Shown: positions 17,279 to 26,600 of the stretch, one piece after another
How positions within the stretch are numbered: position 1 is the first letter of the stretch
How the letters are laid out: each line of letters starts with the position of its first letter
Source of the DNA: a virus
Taxonomy: Duplodnaviria; Caudoviricetes
DNA length: 58,715 nt
IMG/VR virus record: IMGVR_UViG_3300032561_000025
Location: 1 to 58,715 of that record
Direction: 5' to 3' (one strand)
Made by a program: the position numbers and the translations under genes
Notes under the pieces: generated by a model
Told to the model about the DNA's origin: nothing
Seen by the model: the letters and a program-made list of their open reading frames with translations, nothing else
Databases searched by the model: none

Positions 17279-17644
17279 ATCCGGCAACCCGCGACAAAGA
17301 TCTTCGGGGCGAAACTCCCCGTCTCCGCGACTGGCTTGGGTACGAAACGATGCCACCAGTACCGGCCCCCGAACGGGGGTGTATTTCCTGACTGCCCCGC
17401 GCCGAGCGGCCTGAATCGTTTCATCGGCGCACCAATTTAAATTACAATGAGCAACGAAAGAAAAGTTACACACGCTTTTTCGGCACCGCTTTGCCGTCGA
17501 AGCAAATGTTTTCGTGTTTGCGAATATTACGGACCAACGGGAGGATTCTCGGTCCAATGCCAGAAACACAAATCTGGACGGTATCCGGCGTAGGGCGCGG
17601 TACAGGATCCGCAAGGAAATGGCGGCGCACCAAAGGGGGGACGG

Positions 17645-17965
17645 ATGAAAGTCCATATCTGGCGGGTGAAGCGTTCCCGGCTCCCGCGCCGCGAGGCCGG
17701 TGGAATCACGAAGTTCTCGTCGGTCCAGCTTTACTCAACAAGGAGCGATGCGGTTTCCCGAGCCTCGCTTCTCGTCCTGACAAAGCACCGTGCGAGGACC
17801 GAACTAAAAAAGCATTTAAACAAGTTTATCCAAAGCACGGGGAAAGTTCCCGTCGAGATGTGGTACAGGGTGTGGACCGAAAAGTTTCACGGGATGCCCG
17901 GCTTCAAGGGGGTCCACTACGATCTCTACGTCGAGTGGCAGCAAGCAACCCGCGACCCGTCCTAG
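17645..17965 (+). CDS. Hypothetical basic protein
   Basis: 106-aa ORF convergent with dnaB. Confidence 0.45.
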   Translation: MKVHIWRVKRSRLPRREAGGITKFSSVQLYSTRSDAVSRASLLVLTKHRARTELKKHLNKFIQSTGKVPVEMWYRVWTEKFHGMPGFKGVHYDLYVEWQQATRDPS

Positions 17966-19358
17966 TCGCCGTGGGGTAGCCGGGACTGTTCGGGCTGGGG
18001 AGATCCCTGCCGGGCAGTCTCCGAGATCGGGACGAACTTCGTTATCCTTCGGACAAACCTGAAGGACATCAGCGAGGTCCCGTCATCCCGTCCCTTGGCT
18101 TGGATTACGTTCTGAAAAAAGCTGGGGATCTCGTCCTTGTCCGATGCTTCTGGCTGGGCCTTGCCACTCTTGGGGTCTTCGCTTGGGCGGTGTATGAGGA
18201 TCACCTTGTCGGCGTCCTCCTCCAGCGACCCGCTATCCCGCAGGTCCGACATCCTCGGCTCCCGGTTCTGCTCATTCGCGGAGAGGCGGTTCAACTGCCA
18301 TACGAGGATGATCACGATGTTCAACTCACCGGCCAGCAGCTTCAGGGTCTTCGTGATGCGCCCGATCCCCTGCATCTTTTCATCCTTGCTCCCGGCTAGG
18401 GCGACATCCTCAAGCAATCCGCCGTGGTCGATGACGGCGAGATCAACCTTTCCACTTGCGTGAAGAGCTTTTAGCCGTGCAACGACTCGGGCTAGGGAAC
18501 GGTCGCGTGAGGACGGAACGATGCCCGCTTTTTCGAGATCGGAAAGTTTCTGTTTAAACAAGTTCTGGTCGCCCGGATGGGCTCGGGCCAGATCGCGCAG
18601 GCCGACTCCGGAAACCTCGGCGGCAATTTGCAGGGCGACTTGGAGCGGCCTAACCTCAAGGGTGTCGAGATAAACCTTCACGCCATTGTTTGCCGCGTGG
18701 GAAATTATCTGCCGGGCAAGCGAGGATTTTCCCACGGAAGGCCGGGCTCCCAGAACGACAAGCTGCCCGCGCTGCATGGGTTCGAATAAATAATCCATTT
18801 CCTTCCAAGGCCACCGGACAATTGTTTCGGGCGGCAACTCGCGGGCCTTGATTATCGTTTCTGCGGCCTTTAAAGCCTCTGAGACGATCAGGGGCCACCT
18901 CGGTTCATCTTTGGCGTCTGAGGCCGCTGTAAGCGAAAGGATGCGCCCCACGGGGCCGTCCAGCAGTTCGGACAGACCCTCGCCACGGTAGGATTTGCAC
19001 CCATCGACAAGGTTCAGCCCCTCCTTCAGGACGGAGCGGACCACGAAAAGGTCCCTCACGCGATGTAGGTAATCCTTTAAACCAGCGGTGGTTGGGACTG
19101 CGGATGAAAGTTCGGACAGAAACTGGAGCCCACCGATGGACTCCAGTTCCCTGTTCGCCGTCAGTTCTTGGGCGAGTACACCTACGTCCAAGGATTTCCC
19201 TGCACCCAGCATGGCAACCATGCGCTGAAAAATAATCCGGTGCGATGCTGTCCAAAACCAGTCGGGCATCATCCCCGCTCCGAGACAAATTCCAAGGCTC
19301 TCGCTTCCGTCAAGCAAGCAGCAACTTATGACAGCGGCTTCCGATTTTGGGTCTTGGA

Positions 19359-19362
<4 letters not shown>
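17962..19362 (-). CDS. dnaB: Replicative DNA helicase DnaB
   Basis: N-terminal DnaB domain (E.AVIS..L), GARPSVGKS, QLNR and RP.MSDLRDSGSLEEDAD. Confidence 0.92.
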
Positions 19363-20141
<779 letters not shown>

Positions 20142-20318
20142 GGTCGTGGGAAAATGTCGCCACCAACCAACGAAAGGTTGACCCCCTGCCTTGGGCAGCG
20201 GCAATCGTTGGAGGGTGGCGGGAGGGGATTAACCCTCCAAGTTGGGTTTGATGATTTCATCTGCCGGGGTCAACGACGGCATTGCCAGACGGGAAAATTT
20301 CCCGGCTGGTGTGCAGGG

Positions 20319-20741
20319 TCAATTCAGGGGATTCGTTTGAAGGGATTCGCGGTAAAGGTTTCCTGCGCGGACAGCAACATCCGGAATGTCTCCGGAAAGG
20401 ATTCGCTTGCGCCCGGCCCCGAAGCCCATGTTCCAGACGGTTTCGATGTTCTCGGGTGTGGCGGGTATGTGCTTTTGATCGAGGAGTTTGAGGACGTACT
20501 TCAAATGTTTAAACGCGCATTCACGGGCCAACATATGCGAACGGCAGCAGGGATCGAACGGGTACATCCCCATGTGCTGCTTCCATGTCAGCTTGGAAAT
20601 TTGCCACGGCGACAACTCGCCCTCGGGGCCGCGCTTGTCCCATGAGTTCCCCGTTTCCACTTGGGCAATTACGTCCAGCATCCGGACGAAACTTGCCGGT
20701 GAGTCAACGACGATGACGATTGCTGGCGGGACAAAAATCAT
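20319..20741 (-). CDS. Lysozyme/lytic-transglycosylase-like protein
   Basis: IAQVETG...G..GE....QI....W and WN.G motifs of the SLT/lysozyme fold. Confidence 0.55.
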   Translation of the reverse strand: MIFVPPAIVIVVDSPASFVRMLDVIAQVETGNSWDKRGPEGELSPWQISKLTWKQHMGMYPFDPCCRSHMLARECAFKHLKYVLKLLDQKHIPATPENIETVWNMGFGAGRKRILSGDIPDVAVRAGNLYRESLQTNPLN

Positions 20742-20869
20742 AGGTAAATGAGGACGATGCAAAACAGGGATATGAGCCCGCAGATGATGGCGATGATAAG
20801 GATGTCGAGGTCGTGTATTAGAACGAATATTCTCAGCCGTCTCCTCAACTCCTCAAGGATCGCTTTCAT
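20738..20869 (-). CDS. Small membrane protein
   Basis: One C-terminal hydrophobic helix; ATGA overlaps. Confidence 0.5.
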   Translation of the reverse strand: MKAILEELRRRLRIFVLIHDLDILIIAIICGLISLFCIVLIYL

Positions 20870-21159
20870 TGGGTGATCAGGTTGAACTTCACAAGGACGG
20901 CGCGGGCTTGGGTACAGTACTGAACCTTCATCAGTTCGCTGCAACACCGCATGGGGCATCCGGCAATCGCTTCGGCGGCATCATCAATCATCTTTCTCCT
21001 GCGCTCGCTGTTCACCTCGGGGCCAAGCGGGGGAGTGACGCCTTTCACGGGTGGCGTCTCCTGTTCGGGCTCCGGATCCGCAGCAACCCCCTCTTCGTCA
21101 AGAGGGATCACGCGCATTTTCCCAGACAACTTCAGGACGGTTTTCTTGGGCTCGCTCAT
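20866..21159 (-). CDS. Hypothetical protein
   Basis: Translationally coupled ORF with a Cys-rich C-terminus. Confidence 0.5.
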   Translation of the reverse strand: MSEPKKTVLKLSGKMRVIPLDEEGVAADPEPEQETPPVKGVTPPLGPEVNSERRRKMIDDAAEAIAGCPMRCCSELMKVQYCTQARAVLVKFNLITQ

Positions 21160-21266
21160 AGGTCATCCGTCTTGTCAGGGCCGTCACCACCCCAGATGAC
21201 GTAGCCAATTATGATCCCTAGAGCGAGGGCCACGCCTACGCAGGTGATCACGGATTCATTGGACAT
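21156..21266 (-). CDS. Small single-TM protein (36 aa, not in ORF track)
   Basis: MSNESVITCVGVALALGIIIGYVIWGGDGPDKTDDL; ATGA overlap. Confidence 0.45.
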   Translation of the reverse strand: MSNESVITCVGVALALGIIIGYVIWGGDGPDKTDDL

Positions 21267-21423
21267 GATTGCTATGATCATGGCTTTTGTCGGCAAATAA
21301 AAATATCGCTAACAAGAGGAACAATGCTGCTCCCCAAATATCGTGCGCCGTCGCCGGGTGATCTTCAATGTAGGTGATCACAAACATGGAGACAAAAAAT
21401 CCCAACATGAAGATGCGTTTCAC
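21256..21423 (-). CDS. Small two-TM membrane protein
   Basis: GTG start overlapping the upstream stop; two hydrophobic segments. Confidence 0.45.
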   Translation of the reverse strand: MKRIFMLGFFVSMFVITYIEDHPATAHDIWGAALFLLLAIFLFADKSHDHSNHVQ

Positions 21424-21683
21424 GGCTTTTCCCCCTCCGCGAGCGCGGCCTCGTACTCCTTTAGTACCTGAACTCCAGCGTAGGCAGCATCTGATGTTTG
21501 CCCGGCGTACTGTCCCTGTCCAACGTACCAACGCTCCCACTTCCGAAGTGCATCTATAGCTTTTATGAGCAGCACCGACTTCTGCTCCAGACGGAGGTAT
21601 TCCAAACGCGCTTTATGTCCATCTGGTAAGTGTTCAACCACTTGCTTCAGGGACATTTCTTGCCCGGCTGTTACCTCACTCAT
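21420..21683 (-). CDS. Hypothetical protein
   Basis: Translationally coupled 87-aa ORF. Confidence 0.5.
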   Translation of the reverse strand: MSEVTAGQEMSLKQVVEHLPDGHKARLEYLRLEQKSVLLIKAIDALRKWERWYVGQGQYAGQTSDAAYAGVQVLKEYEAALAEGEKP

Positions 21684-22066
21684 GGCTTAATATTTTCGTA
21701 GAACCAGTTCGATCCCTTGCGTTGCACGGCGATAAAGTGGATGAACGGGTATGTCCGCGCTGCGACCTTGATCTTCACTCGGGCGTCATCCCTCCAAAAC
21801 CCTTTCACCTCGTAGGCCACCAGACCTCCCTCGTATAGGCGAACGAAGTCAGGGGTGTATCGGCAATCGTCCCCCAGCTTCAAGGTCATGCACTGGATCC
21901 CAAGGAAGGCGTGCGGCCATGACCGCAGCAGATCAAGGAATCGCTTCTCGGTCTTGTTTAAATTATCCTCGTCGGAGTTCGGCCTCATTGAAATTTTCAT
22001 CGGCTCGCCGCGCTTGGCGACCCGCGCCTGCAAGATCATAAACTCTGCCTCGGACATTCCCATCAC
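21680..22066 (-). CDS. PD-(D/E)xK endonuclease (DUF1064-like, possible resolvase)
   Basis: NKTE..F, RYTPDF and EVKGFW.DDARVKIK.AA motifs. Confidence 0.75.
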   Translation of the reverse strand: MMGMSEAEFMILQARVAKRGEPMKISMRPNSDEDNLNKTEKRFLDLLRSWPHAFLGIQCMTLKLGDDCRYTPDFVRLYEGGLVAYEVKGFWRDDARVKIKVAARTYPFIHFIAVQRKGSNWFYENIKP

Positions 22067-22273
22067 TCAATTCCCCAGATCTTCAATCGTCTCTTGGCAT
22101 CCGTAGAGGGTGCTGTAAAATTCGCTCTGGGTAAGTTGCGACGGGCGGGGCCAATATCGGCTGATGTGCTTACCGCCAAACCGGAACTTCCACCAGTAGT
22201 AGGAATCCCCAACCTTTATTCCGTGGTCGGGAATTGCTTTCCGCGCCGATTTTACAAAGGTTGCGTGTGCCAT
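22067..22273 (-). CDS. Phage hypothetical protein
   Basis: VKSARK....I..GDSYYWWKF..G.K....P..SQLT pattern. Confidence 0.6.
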   Translation of the reverse strand: MAHATFVKSARKAIPDHGIKVGDSYYWWKFRFGGKHISRYWPRPSQLTQSEFYSTLYGCQETIEDLGN

Positions 22274-22276
22274 AAA

Positions 22277-22603
22277 TTATCCCTTCCTCCAGACGAAGAA
22301 CGTGCCGCCAGCCGGGTTGACGCGCTCCTCGACAATGATCGGGCCGTGCTCGGTTTCCATCGGCTTGTTGTCCTCGTCTAGCTTTATCGGGAACTGATCG
22401 ACGCTGTAGCGTTCTGCCTTGGAGTTCTGTAACCACGCGAGGGCGCGGCAGGTCTTTTCGTCAAAGGCGCGGTGTGGGTTGTTTAAAATCTTGGAAAGCC
22501 CGGAGGGGCTGATTCCAAGCATCTCAGCGGCCTGTGTCTTGCCGCCTCGGGGCATTGCCTCAAGCATGGCGCGGAGCCAGAAAGTAAGAAGTTCGCTGTT
22601 CAT
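22277..22603 (-). CDS. Cro/XRE-like HTH regulator
   Basis: GKTQAAEMLGISPSGLSKILN helix-turn-helix; ATG at 22603. Confidence 0.7.
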   Translation of the reverse strand: MNSELLTFWLRAMLEAMPRGGKTQAAEMLGISPSGLSKILNNPHRAFDEKTCRALAWLQNSKAERYSVDQFPIKLDEDNKPMETEHGPIIVEERVNPAGGTFFVWRKG

Positions 22604-22977
22604 TGTTCTACGATCTCCGGAGCCCCGCCCTTCGGTGCTGTATGGAAAATGTAACGACGCTGCATCTCGTCGAACTCGACGGCGACGATGTTTACTCCCT
22701 GCTCCTTGAACTGGTTCAGCCTCCTGCTCAGTTCCAGTGCGGGCTGACCAAGGCAGTTGAGCGAGCAGGACAGTTCGGTGACGATGTTCGTCCTGCGCCA
22801 CTCCACCTCGGGCAGGTGCTTGGCGATGATCCTGCGGAAGACTTCAGCCGAGAGCGTCAGGATCTCGACCGACTTCTCGGCGAGTTGATCCTGTAGCGGC
22901 TTCGCATCCGAATAAGTCCTTTCCATCAACGACAGCAGTGACTCCTTCGGCAATGCCTTTAGCTCTTCGGTGTCCAC
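22600..22977 (-). CDS. Hypothetical protein, first gene of the replication operon
   Basis: TTGACA-17-TCTACT promoter places +1 at about the GTG. Confidence 0.55.
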   Translation of the reverse strand: MDTEELKALPKESLLSLMERTYSDAKPLQDQLAEKSVEILTLSAEVFRRIIAKHLPEVEWRRTNIVTELSCSLNCLGQPALELSRRLNQFKEQGVNIVAVEFDEMQRRYIFHTAPKGGAPEIVEQ

Positions 22978-22984
22978 GGGGCGC

Positions 22985-23013
22985 AGTAGAAATGTCCCTC
23001 AGTACGGTGTCAA
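22985..23013 (-). promoter_or_regulatory. Sigma70-like promoter for the replication operon
   Basis: AAGTA TTGACA N17 TCTACT, 7 nt from the start codon. Confidence 0.55.
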
Positions 23014-23113
23014 TACTTAATTAGGAAACTTGTTCCCAACTTACTCCCAGTCAAGCCTATATTGCATGAAATTCCTTGACGTTTGGACAGATTGCCAAAG
23101 CGTCAAGATCACT

Positions 23114-23530
23114 ATGTCACATACTCCTCGCTTCCTCCCCACCGCAATGCTGTTCGCTGACGGCAATGCGATCCTCACCTCCGAGACGATCACCACCGGC
23201 ACGAAGACCGTGATGGCCGACACCATCGCCCGAATCAACGTGGCGATCACCGAGGTCAATACCTATTACTGGCTGTACGGATACAGCGCGAGCCCGGCCA
23301 TCCCGGCAGTGCCGACCGTCGCAGCCGCGACCTCCTCCAATGCCCTCGCCAACGGCATCTTCTACCAGAGTGCCAATGCCGATGACGCTGGCCTCTCGGT
23401 AGAACTCGCCGACCGCACGATGTCCGAAGGGTTCACCCGCCCGCAGTCCGCGCTCGACGCGATCCTGACGGAGCCGAACCTGTCGAACATCAAGCTCGCC
23501 CGGTCGAACCTCGACTCGGGTAAGAGCTAA
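23114..23530 (+). CDS. Stand-alone hypothetical protein
   Basis: Strong C-ending codon bias, its own TTGACG element and a downstream terminator; opposite strand to both neighbours. Confidence 0.7.
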   Translation: MSHTPRFLPTAMLFADGNAILTSETITTGTKTVMADTIARINVAITEVNTYYWLYGYSASPAIPAVPTVAAATSSNALANGIFYQSANADDAGLSVELADRTMSEGFTRPQSALDAILTEPNLSNIKLARSNLDSGKS

Positions 23531-23576
23531 CCCCAGCTTCAGCGGGGCGCGATTCCCCGCTCGCTCAGAGGGTAAA

Positions 23577-23623
23577 GGCACCCCTCCGGTACGCCATCTA
23601 CGACCGGGGGGGTTGCCGTTTTT
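23577..23623 (+). terminator. Intrinsic terminator between convergent genes
   Basis: GGCACCCCTCCGGT...ACCGGGGGGGTTGCC stem followed by GTTTTT. Confidence 0.55.
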
Positions 23624-23639
23624 ACACGGTCCGCACCGT

Positions 23640-26600
23640 TTAAATTTCTCCCCTACGCTTGAGTTCTTCAAGCATGGGAGCGGCAACATCATCCGAAAGT
23701 TTCTTCTCTCGGATCAGATTCTGGATGTACTCCTCCCGCTTGGCGTGTGGCATGGCTGCCACCTCTTCGGCCATTTGGAAACCCTGAATCTGGTTTGCCA
23801 CGCTGTCGGTGATTGTTTTGACCTTGATGCCGTGGGCAACGATTTCCTCTGCCTTATCCGGAGCCCGGTTTATCAGAGTCAAAAGGAACCTTGCCCGGTC
23901 GCCGTTTTCCTCGGTCATGTTTCGGATGTTCCGGTCCGACCCAGTAAGCCCCTCGACTTCCCCGGTGACATCCTTCAGGAGACGCTTGATCTGCGGCTCA
24001 GTCATCTTGGAAAGGGTTTCCGTAGCCTCGTCTGCCGTCATGTCGCTGTTCCAGCGAGAAGCTAGGGTTTGGATCTTCTTGCCCTCGGCGTCTCTGGCCT
24101 GCTGCTGATTCCAGAGGGCCGATGAAGAAGCCCCCTTGAACTCGTCAACCGGACTGCTCGATTCGCTGTAGCCGACCGCCTTGCCAAGCGACTTTGCGAT
24201 GTTGGCCGCTCCAGATGCCGTGGGGCTTTGGCCGGGCCGTACCCGTGCGGAGCCCTGCATATACGCGGCGATCTGGGGCTGAATGGTTCCTAATGCAGCC
24301 TTGGCGTTTTCACCGAACTGAGCACCGGTCGGGAAATTTGTGCGATCTAGCGGGTTGGCAATGTCGGCGACACGGTAACCGTTCACGGTATGTCCGGAGA
24401 TCATCACCGATGCCGCGTTCACTGCCGGTCCGCACCACGGCTGGGTCATGCCGCCGATGATGTCCGTCATCGATTCTCCCGCGATGTGGTTGGGATCATA
24501 CCCGTCCTTGAGCCCGTTCACCACTGAGTTTAAACCAGTGATGCGCATTCCACGGCGAAGGTTCGTCCACTTCAGGGGATCCACGTAATGCAGTGTCCCC
24601 TCCTTGTCGGTCCATCCGATTGCCCCCACCGGGGTTCCGGGCGGTCCCATGATCTTGCCGCTGAGAAGGTAATTCAGTGTGAGCGGCACGGCGATGGTAC
24701 TGACCAATGTGCCAGCCAGATTCGATGCCATCATCTTAGCCATTGCCGATCCGCTCGCCGCCTCGACTCCCGGTGCTCCCACAAGGGCGCGGACCGCACC
24801 ACGGTTGAAGTTCTGACCGGCCACGATGAACGGGGCCACACCGGCTTCCTTTGCGAACTGCTTCACCCTGCCCATGAGCCGTGTGTCGTACTGTCCGATC
24901 TGATTGATAAAGTCGCGCCTGCTGGCTTCGCTGTCCTTTGCAAGCCCTTGATCAACGAGATTGTCGTACAGGTCATCCATCACCAGACGCCCGGCCCGGT
25001 CGATGGCTTGAATGATTCCGGGGTGGGTTGCGCGGAGGGCTCCGGTCTCGGCCATGTGCGTCAGCTTATCGGCCACCTCGCCCATCGTGATCGGGTCCTG
25101 CATCGAAGAAAGCTGTTTAAATCCGGGCAAACGATTGAGCTTCCCAAGAAGTTCCGGGTCGTTCGCGCAGACATCCCTTAGGCGTTTCATCAGACGGATG
25201 TTCGCGTCGGCAATGTTCACTCCGGGGATCCGGCTCGCAATGTCCCACGGTGAGTTGCGTCCCAGTGATCGGGCAATCGTCGCCTCGATGTTCGCAACGT
25301 GGAAGGTGGGATCGGTGATGCTCTTCAACTGAACTGTGTTCATCGCCTTTGCGAACATCAGCCAGCCGTTCGAATCGAGCGGGCTGTCGGTCTGCATCAA
25401 GTGCCGGTGCTCGCTCCAGATGTCCTTGCGGATGTAGAGCGGTTCGCCACGGGCGAGGTAGGGATGGGTTTCCTCCCTCTTCCAGTTCCCCATGTCCTCG
25501 GGATCCGGTTCGGTTGTAGCCAGCCCGGCATCTTGCAGGCGGTTGTAATACTCGACCTTGGCGGCTCGCTCCGCATTCGCGGACGCCATCTTGGCGACCT
25601 GATTCTTGTAGGAAAGGTCGTAGCCCTCGGCGGTCCCGGCGCGTTCCATGTTCGTCGAGCTTCCCTGCCTGCGAGGATTTAAAAGGTTTCCGCGCCGCAT
25701 TCCTGCGGTTTCCCCTGTGTTTGGGAACCCTCCCTTTTCCGCATCCATGTCCCGCAGCAATGCCTCGGTGTTCACAAATACACCCGTGTTCGGGCCAAGG
25801 GCCGCGATCTTCCCTCCAAGCAGTCTCTGCCGTTCCTCGGCAATCTGCTGGATCCCGGCCTTATGCTTCTCCAGCACTGCCTGAACTTCCGGATTCTTCA
25901 ACGCGGCATCAAATTCCTCTTGGGTATGAATCGCCGTTCCCGGCATATCGAACACCGGCTTAACCCTCGGGATCTGCGCCTCGACGCGCTTCAGATCCTC
26001 ACGGGCCATCTTCTTCGTCTCCGCGTCTGCTTTCGGGTCATCGATGGTGGCGCGGGCGGCATCGCGCTGCTGATAAAGCTGATCCAGCTTGGCAAGCTGC
26101 ATCTCATGCACGGTCACCGATCCGATCAGCCGGTCGAAGTCAGGATCGTCCCAGTGAGTGCCAAGGTTTTTGATAGCCTCGGATGCGCCCTGCATATACC
26201 CAAGCTGACGCGCACCAACCAAGCGAAACGCGCCATTGGCGGCATTCTCGTCCGCTGCGCGAATATGGGGGATTCCATCCTTCGTGATGGCATACCTCAG
26301 GTAGCGAAAAGCGTTCGCGGTGCCACCCGGATGAGACAGGGCGAAGATCCCTCCACCGGTCAACATTGCCGCAGCCGCACCGTACCCCAAAGCATTCCGC
26401 AGCTTCACCTCCGGATCGTCGCTGTCCGTGTGATACCACCCGTAGGACGCTCCGCTCGCCCCGGCAAGCAACATGGGGGAATACTTTAGGATGCGGGCAT
26501 CGATGAAGCCTGCGGTGTTCGGATCTGCGGCCTTGTCGGGCGGCAGCTTTTCCAGTTCGGACTCGCGCTTTAAACGCTCCTTCTGGGCTGCGGACTCGGC

